DNA from: Octopus sinensis
Lineage: Eukaryota
Assembly (NCBI RefSeq): GCF_006345805.1
Contig: NC_042999.1
Location: forward strand, 133,796,001-133,860,000
Direction: 5' to 3'
Length of the DNA stretch: 64,000 nucleotides
Below are positions 12,801-25,730 of this stretch, one piece after another. Below the pieces are notes generated by a model. That model made no database searches, had not been told where the DNA came from, and saw only the letters and a list, made by a program, of their open reading frames with translations. A program made the position numbers and the translations under genes. How positions within the stretch are numbered: position 1 is the first letter of the stretch; each line of letters starts with the position of its first letter.

Positions 12801-14177
12801 GACAGACACTTTCTCTTCGGTCAAGCACTCATGGACGTTTTTTTTTTTTTTGTTTTTTCAGTTCCATTTGAAAATAATATCATTATCATTATTGAGGGAG
12901 AGAGTAGTGCATACCATCAAAGTAACACTAGGATAGAAATATACAAATATATCCTTCATAACAATCCGTCTGATAAAGGTACACCAGGTACATGCATCGC
13001 AACCATATGTACGCGACCTGGTGATCTTATATCAAGATATTCAGCGCATGACCTTGCAGGTGGGATCAAGTTAGAAATTTCTTCATGTCGAGTAGCCCAT
13101 CCTACTCAAAAGGTCCTTGAATTAGGGTTGTTTAAGAATGATGGACAAAACGCCCATGTCTCCAGAGGTGAATTTTTCAAAGCCCAAAGAACTTCTCTCA
13201 ACACATGGTTATGATGCTCCCCGACTACTGCTCATGATCAGAGACGCACTAATTGTCAACTACCAAGGGACGTGTTCAACTGGTTATGGTCAGGTAACAG
13301 ACAAGCAAATCTGTGTTATTGAGTAAAATATTTGTTGCAGCCAAGACAAAACATGTACATGTTAACATTTCCAATCAGTTAAAATCAGAAGCCATAAGAG
13401 CTGCATCCTGGTACTGCATCCGGGCATTTAGAATCGTTAGCATACCGACCAAAATGTTTAGAGGCATTTCGTCCCTCTTTTACGTTCTGAGTTCAAATTC
13501 TGCCGAGGCCAACTTTTCATCCTTTCAAGGAGGAGAAAATTAGTTGTGTACTGGGGTCGTTATAATTGGCTGACAGCCTTCTTTAAAATTGCTGGCCTCG
13601 TGCCAAAATTTGAAACTATTATTATTATTAGTTTCTGAAAGAAACTAATAATAATAACAGTTCTGAAAGATCCATTTTGTATGAGTAATTACAACCTGAG
13701 TTCATTGCATCTGATTTTAAGGGCGGTGTGTTGAGGGAATCATTAGAGTAGTATTTCTTCCGATTATCTTCCGAGTTCAAATCCCACCCGAGTCAACTTT
13801 GTCATTCATCTTTTGGGGTCGATGAAATAATTACCAGTTTAGCACTGGGGCCCATGTAATCAAATAGACCTTCCACTAAACTCTCAGACCGCGTGCCTAT
13901 AGTAGCTGTAAGACTGCGAGATGACTTGAATCATGTTAGCACGATTTCAGGGTTTACGTTCTGAGTTTAAATTCCGCGAAGCCGCTTTTGCCTTTCGTCC
14001 TTTCAGGGGTCGATAAAATAAGTACCAGATGAGCACTGGGGCCCACGAAATTGATTAATCCTCTTCTCAAAAATGATAGGCCTTGTGCTTATAGTAAAAA
14101 TGATTTTTATTGATTAGTTTTGGTCTTTAGTATCATAATCATCATCGTTATGAGTTTTACTGAATCAATATCTCTAC

Positions 14178-14203
14178 TACTACAACAACAACAACAACAA
14201 CAG

Positions 14204-14251
<48 letters not shown>

Positions 14252-14281
14252 TTACTACTACTTCTACTACTACTACTACTA
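14178..14281. repeat. (CAA)n/(CTA)n trinucleotide repeat
   Basis: Direct reading. It is the source of the polyQ/polyL ORF 14120-14302. Confidence 0.95.
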
Positions 14282-14889
14282 CGTATTTCACTTTCAATTT
14301 AAAGTAGTCAATACTCTTGTGTTTCTCTGAAATTTTTGGTAATACTTTATCATAATATACATGCTGTCAAAATCAATAAATTTAACCAGAAATAGTGGCG
14401 GTGGGGGGGGGGGGAATGTCATTACCCACTTCCTGTGGACATAACACCACTAGCACCATCATCATCAGCAGCAGCAGCATGTACCGTCATCACCAGCAGC
14501 AGCAGCACCACCACAACAAATCTCCTTCCACATCATCTTATATCCTCTCAGCTATTAGTTGAGTAATTTCTCAATATTTTAAATCATTAAGAAAGACATT
14601 GGAACCTGAATAAAATAAAACAAGATCAGAGAGGAAAAAAACACATATAAAAATGAAAAGTTATACATACATACATACGTACATACACACGTACATACAT
14701 ACATGCATGTATACATACATACATACATACATACATGCATACATACATGCATGTATACAAACATGCATGTATACATACATACATACATACATACATACAT
14801 ACATTCAGTTATATATATGTGTGTGTGTATGTGTGCATACACACACATACACACACGCACACACACACACACACACTCACACACATATA

Positions 14890-15186
14890 CAGGCTGCGTA
14901 AGATATTTGAAGACATCTTTTTTAGGTCATTGCTGCATTTTTTTTTACCTTACTCTGTATAATCTTTTTTTTCAGAAAAGGATAATGGCAGACCCTCATA
15001 TTACTCAACAAATGAAGAGACATGCTGTGGTTATAAAGGCTAAGCATAGCGATTTAGAAATATCTCGATTTTTAAAAGTTGCCAAATCTGTCGTCTTCAA
15101 AGTTTGTAAGGAGCTAGAGGCTGAAGATGGAAACGTATCACCAGTATCAAAAAAAAAAAAGCATTATAAATGCTCTGAAATCATAT
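14890..15186 (+). mobile_element. 5' end of a Tc1/mariner-superfamily (maT/DD37D-like) DNA transposon: TIR start plus transposase N-terminal HTH fragment, truncated
   Basis: TA followed by CAGGCTG start at 14890. ATG at 14985 opens MADPHITQQMKRHAVVIKAKHSDLEISRFLKVAKSVVFKVCKELEAEDGNVSPVSKKKKH, which is HTH-like and ends in a basic NLS-like run. It is cut off by a SINE at ~15190. The subfamily assignment is from recollection of the family pattern. Confidence 0.65.
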
Positions 15187-15929
15187 ATACACGACGGGCT
15201 TCTTTCAGTTTCCGTCTACCAAATCTACTGACAAGGCTTTGGTCGGTCCGAGGCTACAGTAGAAGACACTTGCCCAAGGTGGCACGCAGTGAGACTGAAC
15301 CCGGACCCATGTAATTGGGAAGCAAGCTTCTCATTACACAGCCTCTCCTATATGTACATATTCTTGCCTATTTACTTTGAATGTAAACTTGAAGAACCAT
15401 AATTAACCTTATTTTAACCGTACGTAACCACTTCCAGCCTTGTCCATTCAGATAATTTATGCATTTCGCTGGCAATGGGCCGCTCAAGTCACGGAGAACC
15501 CCCATGCAGTCGCTCAAATTCCTAGAAATAGCAGTCGAGTCTCCTTCCAAGCATACGCTTCTCTCCTAGTCGAAGGAAGTCAGTTCACTTCGGATAATTT
15601 GGTTCTGCATGCTTGGTGTCGGAAAATATGGACGGAATTGTCATAACCGCAACGCCTTTTGTTGTGGGTCATCAATATCCGAGCTGACCTGAAGTTTAAC
15701 AAAACAACATGAAAATTGTCCTCTCTGACATTGAAAAAAAGCTATTTTTTGTGATTACACGAAGTATAACTATAACTACAGGAACGTCTGAAATGGAGTA
15801 CGAAATGTATAATGCCGAAGAGTTGAAACCAAAAATTACAAATCAATAAGCTAAATTTCTTTCTGTTAAGTGCTATAACCCTTTTAAGTGCTATTAAGCT
15901 TCCACATCTATTTTCAACTTCGAGCCAGC

Positions 15930-16260
15930 GAGGAGGAGCCCTATATAGCTGCTGGATCGGTTTGAAACATCAGTAAAACGTCTCTTAGATCGTTTAATAC
16001 TGACTTAGAAAAGGACTCAATGAATAAAATAGTCCTTAGTACACAAAATAGTGTGCTCATGACAAGATCGCACATTGATGTACAGGATCTGAGTTGATTC
16101 AGTGGCGTTTGAAATGGGGTGCTAAATATCAACAATGGGTCAATAATGAAACAGCTGCATGGTCATTGTCTCAGCTAAAGATAGAAGAATTTTACTCATA
16201 TGCCTGCTACATCTTAAAAAGAAAGAGATCATTAGATATTGGATGCACTCTACCGAAGGA
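15930..16260 (+). mobile_element. Possible highly degenerate LINE RT fragment
   Basis: Weak motifs in shifting frames: GVLNINNGS resembles GLKINxxKT, and IEEFYSYACYI resembles VEEFxYLGS. No intact YADD seen. Confidence 0.3.
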
Positions 16261-17400
16261 AACAGCGGGGCAGTTTGACAACCAGGACTGACTCATGGCA
16301 TGTCAACATCAATAGTTCTCATAACTGCAATAAACACTCCTAACTTTTATCAATCTTTTGTAACTGCAGTAATCTCAGCCATAATGACTTATTTCCTTCG
16401 TGGCTTTTAATTAAGTACTGCGAAATCATTTCCATTTTTCAAATACTATGATGATCCAATGATGAAACATCAACATAGTCACTGGATCCACCAAGAACAA
16501 AATGGAAATTTCACTACCCTCATTGCTATTTATTTAAATAGGGATCGTTAGATCATGTATTCTTTAATGCATTGTGCCTATGAAAATACCAAGATGATCT
16601 CAGATGCAATATATCTAACAATCAGGACTGGTTTAAGGCTAATTGACATCATCAATTTTCTTAACTACAATAAACTCTCCTAACATTTACAAATCCTTCA
16701 AGTAATCTCTTTCAACCATAACACCTATTAGTCGTAGCTTCTTATTATGTACTGTGAAATTGTTTCCTTCTGTCAAACACTAAAACTGAGCTGTTGTTTG
16801 TAAACCAACCCCCACGAACTCTCGGCTACTTACCATCTATCCGATTCACTTGAATATCTGAGTTTCTACATTAATCTAACTATTCCTATATTCAGAGACG
16901 AAACCTGAGAAACGGTTTATACAGATGAAAACATCCGGAGACGAAGATGACAAACAGAAGTTCCTTATTTTCAAGTGAGCAATCATAGGTGAAGAGAAAT
17001 CCGTCACTACATCCTGAAGAAACCTGGTTCTCGTTTCACAAAAGTAAACCAGATACATTATTCATAAGTATGTAGTGTGGTACATAGTTTAGGCTTCTGC
17101 TGCAGATGTCCCAGGAGGGAATATTCAGAGGTTTCTGAGACTTTAGGCTGCAAAATGTATAATAAGTTAAAAAGATTAAAATTGATTGAACTGATATTTC
17201 GCTTTGTGTGTTTGTGCTTATATGCGAGTATATACTTGCGTAGGTGTTTGCATTTGTTTACATGGTTGTATGAGTGCCCTCACCACAGAATCTTGAAGTA
17301 ATGACTTTTCCATATTCCTCGTCTTATCACCACTGTTATTGTTACATTCCCAGCAATTCTTAGGATGTCATTCATCAAACAGCTGCGATATACGTGCATA

Positions 17401-17487
<87 letters not shown>

Positions 17488-17521
17488 ATTCTCTAAAAGA
17501 GATATAGACAGTAACTGCTCG

Positions 17522-17821
17522 ATAACATAAGGGACTAAAGCCATCTGAATATGGCTAGGGACAGGGCAGGGTGGTGGGGGTGTTACTGTTGCATTTAGCC
17601 CCAGGCGAACATCGACGTCGCCAGATAGGCCCGACACCGTCACGGTGTTCTTTAACCTGCAAAGGGAGATATTATCTCCCTTTGCAGGTTAAAGGACACC
17701 GTGACGGTGTCGGGCCTATCTGGCGACGTCGATGTTCGCCTGGGGCTAAATGCAACAGTAACACCCCCACCACCCTGCCCTGTCCCTAGCCATATTCAGA
17801 TGGCTTTAGTCCTTATGTTAT
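17522..17821. repeat. Near-perfect 300-bp palindrome (150-bp arms, 1-nt loop at 17672); fold-back/MITE-like
   Basis: The arms differ by one substitution and one 1-nt indel in my read-through. A diverged relative lies at ~39806-39960. Confidence 0.95.
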
Positions 17822-17903
<82 letters not shown>

Positions 17904-19245
17904 ATGCATATATATACATACATACATACATATATATATGTGTGTATATCTATGCATACACACGCACACATGTACATACACACACAGACATGCATATATG
18001 CATACATACCAGTGTCAATGTGCCACCTGCAGATATCTTATTCCTTGGAAGCTATGAGCTGATTACTGCAAGCTAGCGAAACATTGAAACATATTCCAGT
18101 GTTCTCTTGGTCAACAATGGTCAGTTGTGCTTCATACCGAAGCTGAAGGCAACTATAATAATAGCCAAGGAAAGAAGAATAATGGTTGGTATTAGCAAAC
18201 ACAAATACATTTAGTAAAGCAAGTCAACATTGGAACCTCTATGAAGTAACTAAATCTGCGAGAAATAGCAGCTGTGTCACCTTCAAATTCTATACTAGCA
18301 ACTGAAAATAATGAAAGACACATTAGATGATGTAAACTAAGATACACTATAGTAAAGGAGAATTGATCATAGCTGGAACGCCTTTAATCATAGCAATTTG
18401 TATAAGCATGCTCCTCTTACCGCACATTAATTTTATTAATTCTAGAAATGATACCCAACATGCGGCTCGAAACCAGACATAGTCGAGGAGGGAACTGAGC
18501 ATACCAGCGTTCACAGTACATAACTGATATACATTTCAAAGATATCGAGAAAACGAAATGCAAAACCGACCGCGGTGGCAAGATATTAATCATAATAGCG
18601 TAACCGATGAGTCTATTGAGAGTTTAATATTGTAGACAAAGACTAATCACGGAGCCATTAATGACGCGCGAATTTGTGCGAGTCAATGACACTCGCTCTA
18701 AAGACCTTTCCTCTTAGAAGTTAATTACATGCTATTATATACCATTCATAAGGAAATGTAATTCTATTCTGTATATATATATCTAAGAAAGTACAAAAGC
18801 CGAAATGTTTTGGTTGCTACACCAGAACAAGACAACCCACCCAAACAGAGATGTTTGAAAAACCTATCACCAGCAACTCATTATTTTTGGCTGAAGCGCA
18901 GTTTAGACAATTGTTCGTAACAAATTGGTATCATGTGTCGCACATCAAAAGGAACACGTTGCCATAAAGTGTTTATGTAATCCACAGGAGGTAGATAGAA
19001 AACAGCGGGGAGTTTCTTTCTGACAATCATTATAAATTGTTCCACAGATTCTCTGTTGTTCAACTTACACAGATGCTTTACTGTATACGAAGCTGATTTA
19101 TCATTTACGTTTTTCTTAAGCACACACATACACTCATACATATTTGGAGACGACTAAAACATACATACTCATGATAAAACATACACACATACACAAGCAT
19201 TCACATTTATACATGCAACGATAATATAGAGGTATGTATATGTAT

Positions 19246-19283
<38 letters not shown>

Positions 19284-19346
19284 ATTATATATATATACAT
19301 ACATATGTATGATATGTATGTGTGTGTATGTATGCATATATATATG

Positions 19347-19427
<81 letters not shown>

Positions 19428-19428
<1 letters not shown>

Positions 19429-19890
19429 GAGGCGCGTGGCTTAGTGATTAGGGTGTCAGTATCATGATCGTAAGATTTTGGTTTCGACACCTGGACCGGG
19501 CGATGCGTTGTGTTCTTGAGCAAAACACTTCATTTCACGTTGCTCCTGTCCACTCAGTTGGCAAAAATGAGTAACGCTGCGATGGACTGACGTCTCGTCC
19601 AGCTGGGGAACACATACGCCATAGAAACTGGGAAACATGGCCCACGAGACTGGCTAGGCTTTAAAAGGGTGCATATATATAGATCGTTAGCCACTACACA
19701 CATTTTTTCTCTCCTTGTTTCACTCTTTTTTCTCTCCTTGTTTCTCTCCTTTTTCTGTGTCCCTTTCTGTAGAAGAGCGTAAGACCCGAAACGTAAAAGT
19801 ATTTTTCTATTCCTGAGCGTTATACTAATACATCTGTTTGTTTTGTACACCACCTGCCTTCGTCTTTTGTTGTTTTTTTCGTAAATTCTC
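19428..19890 (+). mobile_element. tRNA-derived SINE (C-type head/core) with a long pyrimidine-rich tail carrying a hammerhead-like motif
   Basis: A/B-box head and shared core. A related shorter copy lies at 61849-62070, with diverged copies at ~22689-22960 and ~29518-29790. Confidence 0.85.
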
Positions 19891-19928
19891 CCTATATATT
19901 ATATATTATATATATTATATATATATTT

Positions 19929-19960
<32 letters not shown>

Positions 19961-20333
19961 TACATACATGGTATATATATGTATATATGTATATATATAT
20001 ATACAGTTTTAAATGGTATATAAACAGAAGATACAAATATTACAGGCACCCCCACACACACACACTAAATAAACATAGACGCACATAGAGATATAAGCAT
20101 GCGCAAATGAAGACATACAATAGAAATACAAAATGGCTGACGGTTAGTAAGGAGAGACACCAATAAGTGAGAAGAAAACAAAGGACCACTGATGCGGTCA
20201 CAGGAGTGTGACGAAAGAACTCTGGCCGAAATAAGATTAAGATTAATGTAATAATAAATATCACTGAAGCAAAATACACCAAATATATAGTGCGTGTGTT
20301 TTTATTGGCTAAACTGGCAATATGACCATTCCG

Positions 20334-20397
<64 letters not shown>

Positions 20398-20818
20398 GTC
20401 TACATATATACGTACATTCATACAAACATACATGCATACATACATATATACATACATACACTGTGTGTATGCATGTTTATGCGTGTGTGCGTGCTCGCCG
20501 CGCGCGCGTGCGTGTGTGCGTGCATGAGTGAGTGAAAAAGAGAGAGACAGGGTGCCAGAATCAATAAAATACGTACCAGAGTGGAATATGTGCTGAAGTC
20601 GATACTATCTACTAAAGAGCCTGCAAAGACAATATCTTACATCCGCACAACAATGATTGAGACCAGCCATAGAAGAAATTATTAAAGAATATGTACGCAC
20701 CCTACTCACAGCACACTGTTAATCCACTTGCGTAGGTGAGCTGTCAGTGTGTATGCAATATATGATAATAGAGAAAACATGTGGTTTAAGTGTATCTCTT
20801 TTCTAACATATGATAATC

Positions 20819-20865
<47 letters not shown>

Positions 20866-20959
20866 AGTTCAATTACTAACAGATTGCGAGTGGAAAAGTT
20901 AAGTAAGCAAAAGTCGGCTTTGTTACTTAAGTATATTTATACATACAAACAACTTTATA

Positions 20960-21148
20960 CAGATTGGCGCACGAGTGGGCTGTGTGATAAGTCGCTTGCT
21001 TACCAACCACATGGTTTCGGGTTCAGTCCCACTGTGTGGTACCTTGGGCAAGTGTCTTCTACTATTGCCTCGGGCCGACCAAAGCCTTGTGAGTGGATTT
21101 GGTAGACGGAAACTAAAAGAAGTCCGCCGTATATCTATATATATAAAC

Positions 21149-21185
<37 letters not shown>

Positions 21186-21336
21186 TTATTCTATTGGTCA
21201 CTTCTGCCGAACTGCTAAGTTACGGGGGACGTAAACACACCCAGATTGGTTATCAAGCGATTGTGAGGTGACAAACAGAGAACAGAGACACACATATAGT
21301 ATATAGTAGATAGATATATATATATATATATATATG

Positions 21337-21376
<40 letters not shown>

Positions 21377-21625
21377 CATATGTATATACATATATGTATG
21401 TGTTATATATATATATATATATACATATATATATGTATGTTGTCTCTGTTCTCTGTCACCTCACAATCATGGTGTGTTTACGTCCCCCGTAACTTAGCAG
21501 TTCGGCAGAAGTGACCGATAGAATAAGTACTAGGCTTACAAAGAATAAGTCCTGAGGTCGATTTGTTCGACTAAAGGCGGAGCTCCATCATGACTACGGT
21601 CCACTGACAGAAACAAACAAAAAAT
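20960..21625 (+). mobile_element. SINE family A copy containing an internal inverted duplication
   Basis: Head at ~20965, tail at 21441-21625. Positions 21183-21290 are an inverted copy of the tail. Confidence 0.85.
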
Positions 21626-21959
21626 GGAACGCGCACACACAACATGCATATATATATGTGAAAAAAGACTTTGATGGACATTTTGCATGGGCGCAACGCT
21701 GTGTGGTTAGGAAAGTTGCTTTGGAAATATGCGGTGCTTATTTCATCACCATGGGAAGTAACTTTTGCTTATAGTCCTCCGTCACCAAAAAAAAAAAAAA
21801 AATGGGTAAACGGAAATTGTACATCTTATGTATGTATGTATGTATACATAAGATGTACAATTATATGTATGTATGTATTATGTATTATGTATGCATGTAT
21901 GTATGTATGTATGTATGTATCTAGCTATCTATCTATCTACACACACACACACACACACA

Positions 21960-21999
<40 letters not shown>

Positions 22000-22078
22000 T
22001 GAGAGAGAGAAGTAGATAGATAAATATGTGTATGTGTGTACATATATATATGTGCATTATATATAGACACATATGTAA

Positions 22079-22136
<58 letters not shown>

Positions 22137-22244
22137 TATATATATATATATCATACAACAATTGAGGGTAAAATTAATTAATTAATCAATTCACCAAGTA
22201 TTCAGTATGCAAAGGGACCATTTAAGGCGAATTCAAATTATTAC

Positions 22245-22448
22245 ATTATATAAAAGGGCTTAGTAAAATAAATTACTTTGCCGCATACTGAACTCATTAG
22301 AAATAGCAGCCAAAAAAAACTTTTCTAAAACTATTTCTAATAGAGAGGTTTTCTTTAAGTATTAGAAATAGTTTTAGAAAAGTTTTTTTGGCTGCTATTT
22401 CTAATGAGTTCAGTATGCGGCAAAGTAATTTATTTTACTAAGCCCTTT

Positions 22449-22456
<8 letters not shown>
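22245..22456. repeat. Near-perfect inverted repeat (~98-bp arms, 17-nt spacer)
   Basis: 22245-22342 versus 22360-22456. The only difference seen is A8 versus T7. Confidence 0.95.
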
Positions 22457-22499
<43 letters not shown>

Positions 22500-23129
22500 G
22501 AGTAATGTTTATCACCATTTCAAAATGGCTGTTCCGTAGGAACCGACGTTGCATCATTTTAACGCCAGGAGGACGCCTCCTTCAGCTGTTGAAGTGGCGA
22601 TAAACATTACTTCTCAGTATAGTTACTGCTTTCATCTCCTATAGAAATTTTTCAAGTACCTAATTTGTTTATATATATATATATACACTGAAGATGCATG
22701 GCTTAGGAGTGAGTGTGTTGCTGACGCGCTTGCAAGGTTGTGTTTTGATTTCTCAGACTGAGCGTTGCATTGTGTTCATGAGCAAAACAACTCATTTCAC
22801 GTTGCTCTACGATTATTTTGTCATCTGATATGTGACACACCGTTCGCCCGTACAAGTAATTTCGATTTGATGGAGGGTGTGAGCTTATATGAACGCAAAC
22901 ATTTGATCACTATAAACAAATCGGCCCCTGTGGTTATTCAGCAAGAAATTGCAGCACCTACGTCGTCTAACGACAGGAGAGTCCAAGCTATGTATATATA
23001 TATATATATATAATAATAAATATTAGGTAATAAATCCAAATTTACAGGGAAAAAATCAGATTTAGGATTAAATCCAATTTTATAGTAAATATTTATAAAA
23101 TATTATTAGAGACTAATATTTTATATATA

Positions 23130-23191
<62 letters not shown>

Positions 23192-23194
23192 ATA

Positions 23195-23257
<63 letters not shown>

Positions 23258-23942
23258 TACCTATATCCATATCAATATATATGCACACACACACATGTAT
23301 ATTTAATACGTATAAATTAATATTCGTTCACTGTAAAATTGATTGAGTAGAAGATATGAGAATTCATGATTGTGTTAGTCAATGAGAACTAAAAATAAGT
23401 GAAACGTCTAAGGACTCTTAAGACATTATACTATATTTATTTACTCATGTTTAATTTAATCGTCCCTTTTATGCTCTAAGACTGTCACGCGTTCCACAAT
23501 GATTGGCAGGAAGTTACTTTTTAAAGGGTTGTTTGACATTAGCGTTCAGTTATTGTTATGTATTATACTTATAAATGAAAAGTGTATACGCTTTTGGGGT
23601 TTATATACGAGTCATAATATATTTGGACTTAATAAATGAATTGATGGATAGGTTTTCCAAATTGTATTGCATATTAATAAAAACAATATATATCTTGAAG
23701 ACAACTACGAGACATTGGCGGAAGTATGGTTAAATTTAAGAAGCGAGATTTGCAAGCTTGTAATTTGGAGTCCAGTCCCTCTGGGGGTATCTTGGAGCGG
23801 GTGTCTTCTTCTGTAGCCTCTGGCTGGCCAATGCATTGGGAGTGAATTTGGTAAAGGAAAACTGTGTGGAAGCTTGTCGCATATATGTGTGTGTGTGTGT
23901 GCATGCGTGTGTGTGAGTATGTGAATGTGTATGTGTGTGTAT

Positions 23943-23988
<46 letters not shown>

Positions 23989-24469
23989 CTGTCTGTGTGT
24001 GTGTGTGATTGTGGCTGTGTTTGTTCTATCGATCGCTTTGATAACCAGTTTTCGTTTGCTACATTCCCGTAATTTATCGATTCGGCCTAAAAAAACAACA
24101 ACAAAAAGAGCATAGAATAAGTACCAGACTTTAGAAAAAGTACTGGGGTCGATTTCTTGACTAAAACGGTTCAAGGCAGTGTCCCAGCTTGGGCGCAGTC
24201 CACTAACTAAAACAAATAAAAGATAAGATAAGATTTGGTAAAACTGCAAGATACAGCAGAATGTGTTTGTGTTCTGTCACTTTGAAAACGATTACGACCA
24301 GAAATTCACTGATGAATTTATCTGGCCTTATAGTAAGCGTTAGAACAAATGAATGAAATCTGTTCTATACTTTTGAGATGAGAAATTCTGTACATTATTT
24401 ACATTGGACGGGTTTGTGTCCTCATATTGTTTGTTGTTACCACAAAGTTTCGACAGATTTACTCTCCAG

Positions 24470-24680
24470 CCTTTGTATGGTGAGCTGAAATCTTTCAAGC
24501 ACATGATCCAAATTTTGAACGGAGTGCAAAACTTTCTACTACAATAACAAATGCTTCTGCGTGTTACTGAGAAATTCATAGAGAGTGAAAAAAAAGCTTC
24601 TCTAGACGTGTGAAATTTCACTGGTGACCACCGTTGTTTGTTAAAAAGAAATTTGCATCTCCGTCTACGAGCATTTGTGA
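24470..24680 (+). mobile_element. pogo/Tigger-like transposase C-terminal relic
   Basis: From ~24502 it translates as HDPNFERSAKLSTTITNASACY*EIHRE*KK...SPSTS, matching the Tigger C-terminal pattern DPNxERSxKVxxxxxNAxxCYREIYxEKK. Confidence 0.6.
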
Positions 24681-25207
24681 ATCGGTGATCGCGTCTGTAA
24701 GTGATGGTGTGCGCGAATCTAGTGCGAGTGAAGTGATTCAGGAAATGATTATATCTTTTATTATAAATGATCTTGACATTCGTTTTACTTTACATAAAAT
24801 ATTCTTTACATTCCACTGTTGTTTTATTACCATTTATTTACGAGTATTATAAATTTTGTAGGTAAAATATTTTTTTCTGGGAACGAATTATGATTTATAA
24901 CATTGCTACTATGGGAAATTATGCTCTGTTTTACGAGTAGTCTCCGGGTATAAATTAACATGTATATCGAGGCATTACTGTATTTTGTTGAGAGATAACA
25001 ATAACTTTCAGTCTGAAAATACCACATGTTAAACATCTGAATAATTGAGAACGACTCCAACCACAAGTCTTACATGCTTTTAGAAAGTTTGAAGTACATG
25101 TATGTCACCTACAACAAGGAATTCAAGGCCTGTTGTAGACCAACCATCGAGAAGCTAATTTGTTTCTTTACTAGAAAATACGCACGCACACACATGGTAG
25201 ACATGAA

Positions 25208-25250
<43 letters not shown>

Positions 25251-25251
25251 T

Positions 25252-25690
25252 CTGAGTAACAGCATTTGTTATATTTGTGCTGCTTTTAAATAAAGTATAT
25301 ATATATAAATATATATAGATAAAACTTACTTGGAAGAGGATGCGTGGCGTTTCGTCATATAATAACAAAATAATAAATAACACATATGCATATATACATA
25401 CATATATGTACGTACCTACATCTATATGTATATATACATGCATATATAGGTACAGGACACCAAACAAACGTCGAACACAATGGGAAACGAAAACATAAAA
25501 ACAGAACCATGGAAACGGACATTGTGTTCGACGTTTTTTTGGTGTCCTGTACCTATATATGCATGTATGTATACATATAGATGTAGGTACGTAGATATAT
25601 GTATGTATATATGCATATGTTTTATTTATTATTTCATATATATATACTTTATTTAAAAGCAGTACGAATATAAATAATGCTGTTACTCAG
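25252..25690. repeat. Composite imperfect inverted repeat
   Basis: Outer arms ~25252-25310 / ~25636-25690. Inner arms ~25370-25482 / 25520-25633. 37-nt loop. Confidence 0.9.
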
Positions 25691-25730
25691 TGTTTCACGT
25701 TCCCGTTCGTCGGACAGTTATATATAACTG

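Noticed and set aside
12831-13370. 127-aa ORF and neighbouring ORF
   Set aside because: No protein family recognised. It looks like a non-coding interspersed repeat, but there is no second copy in the window to support a call.
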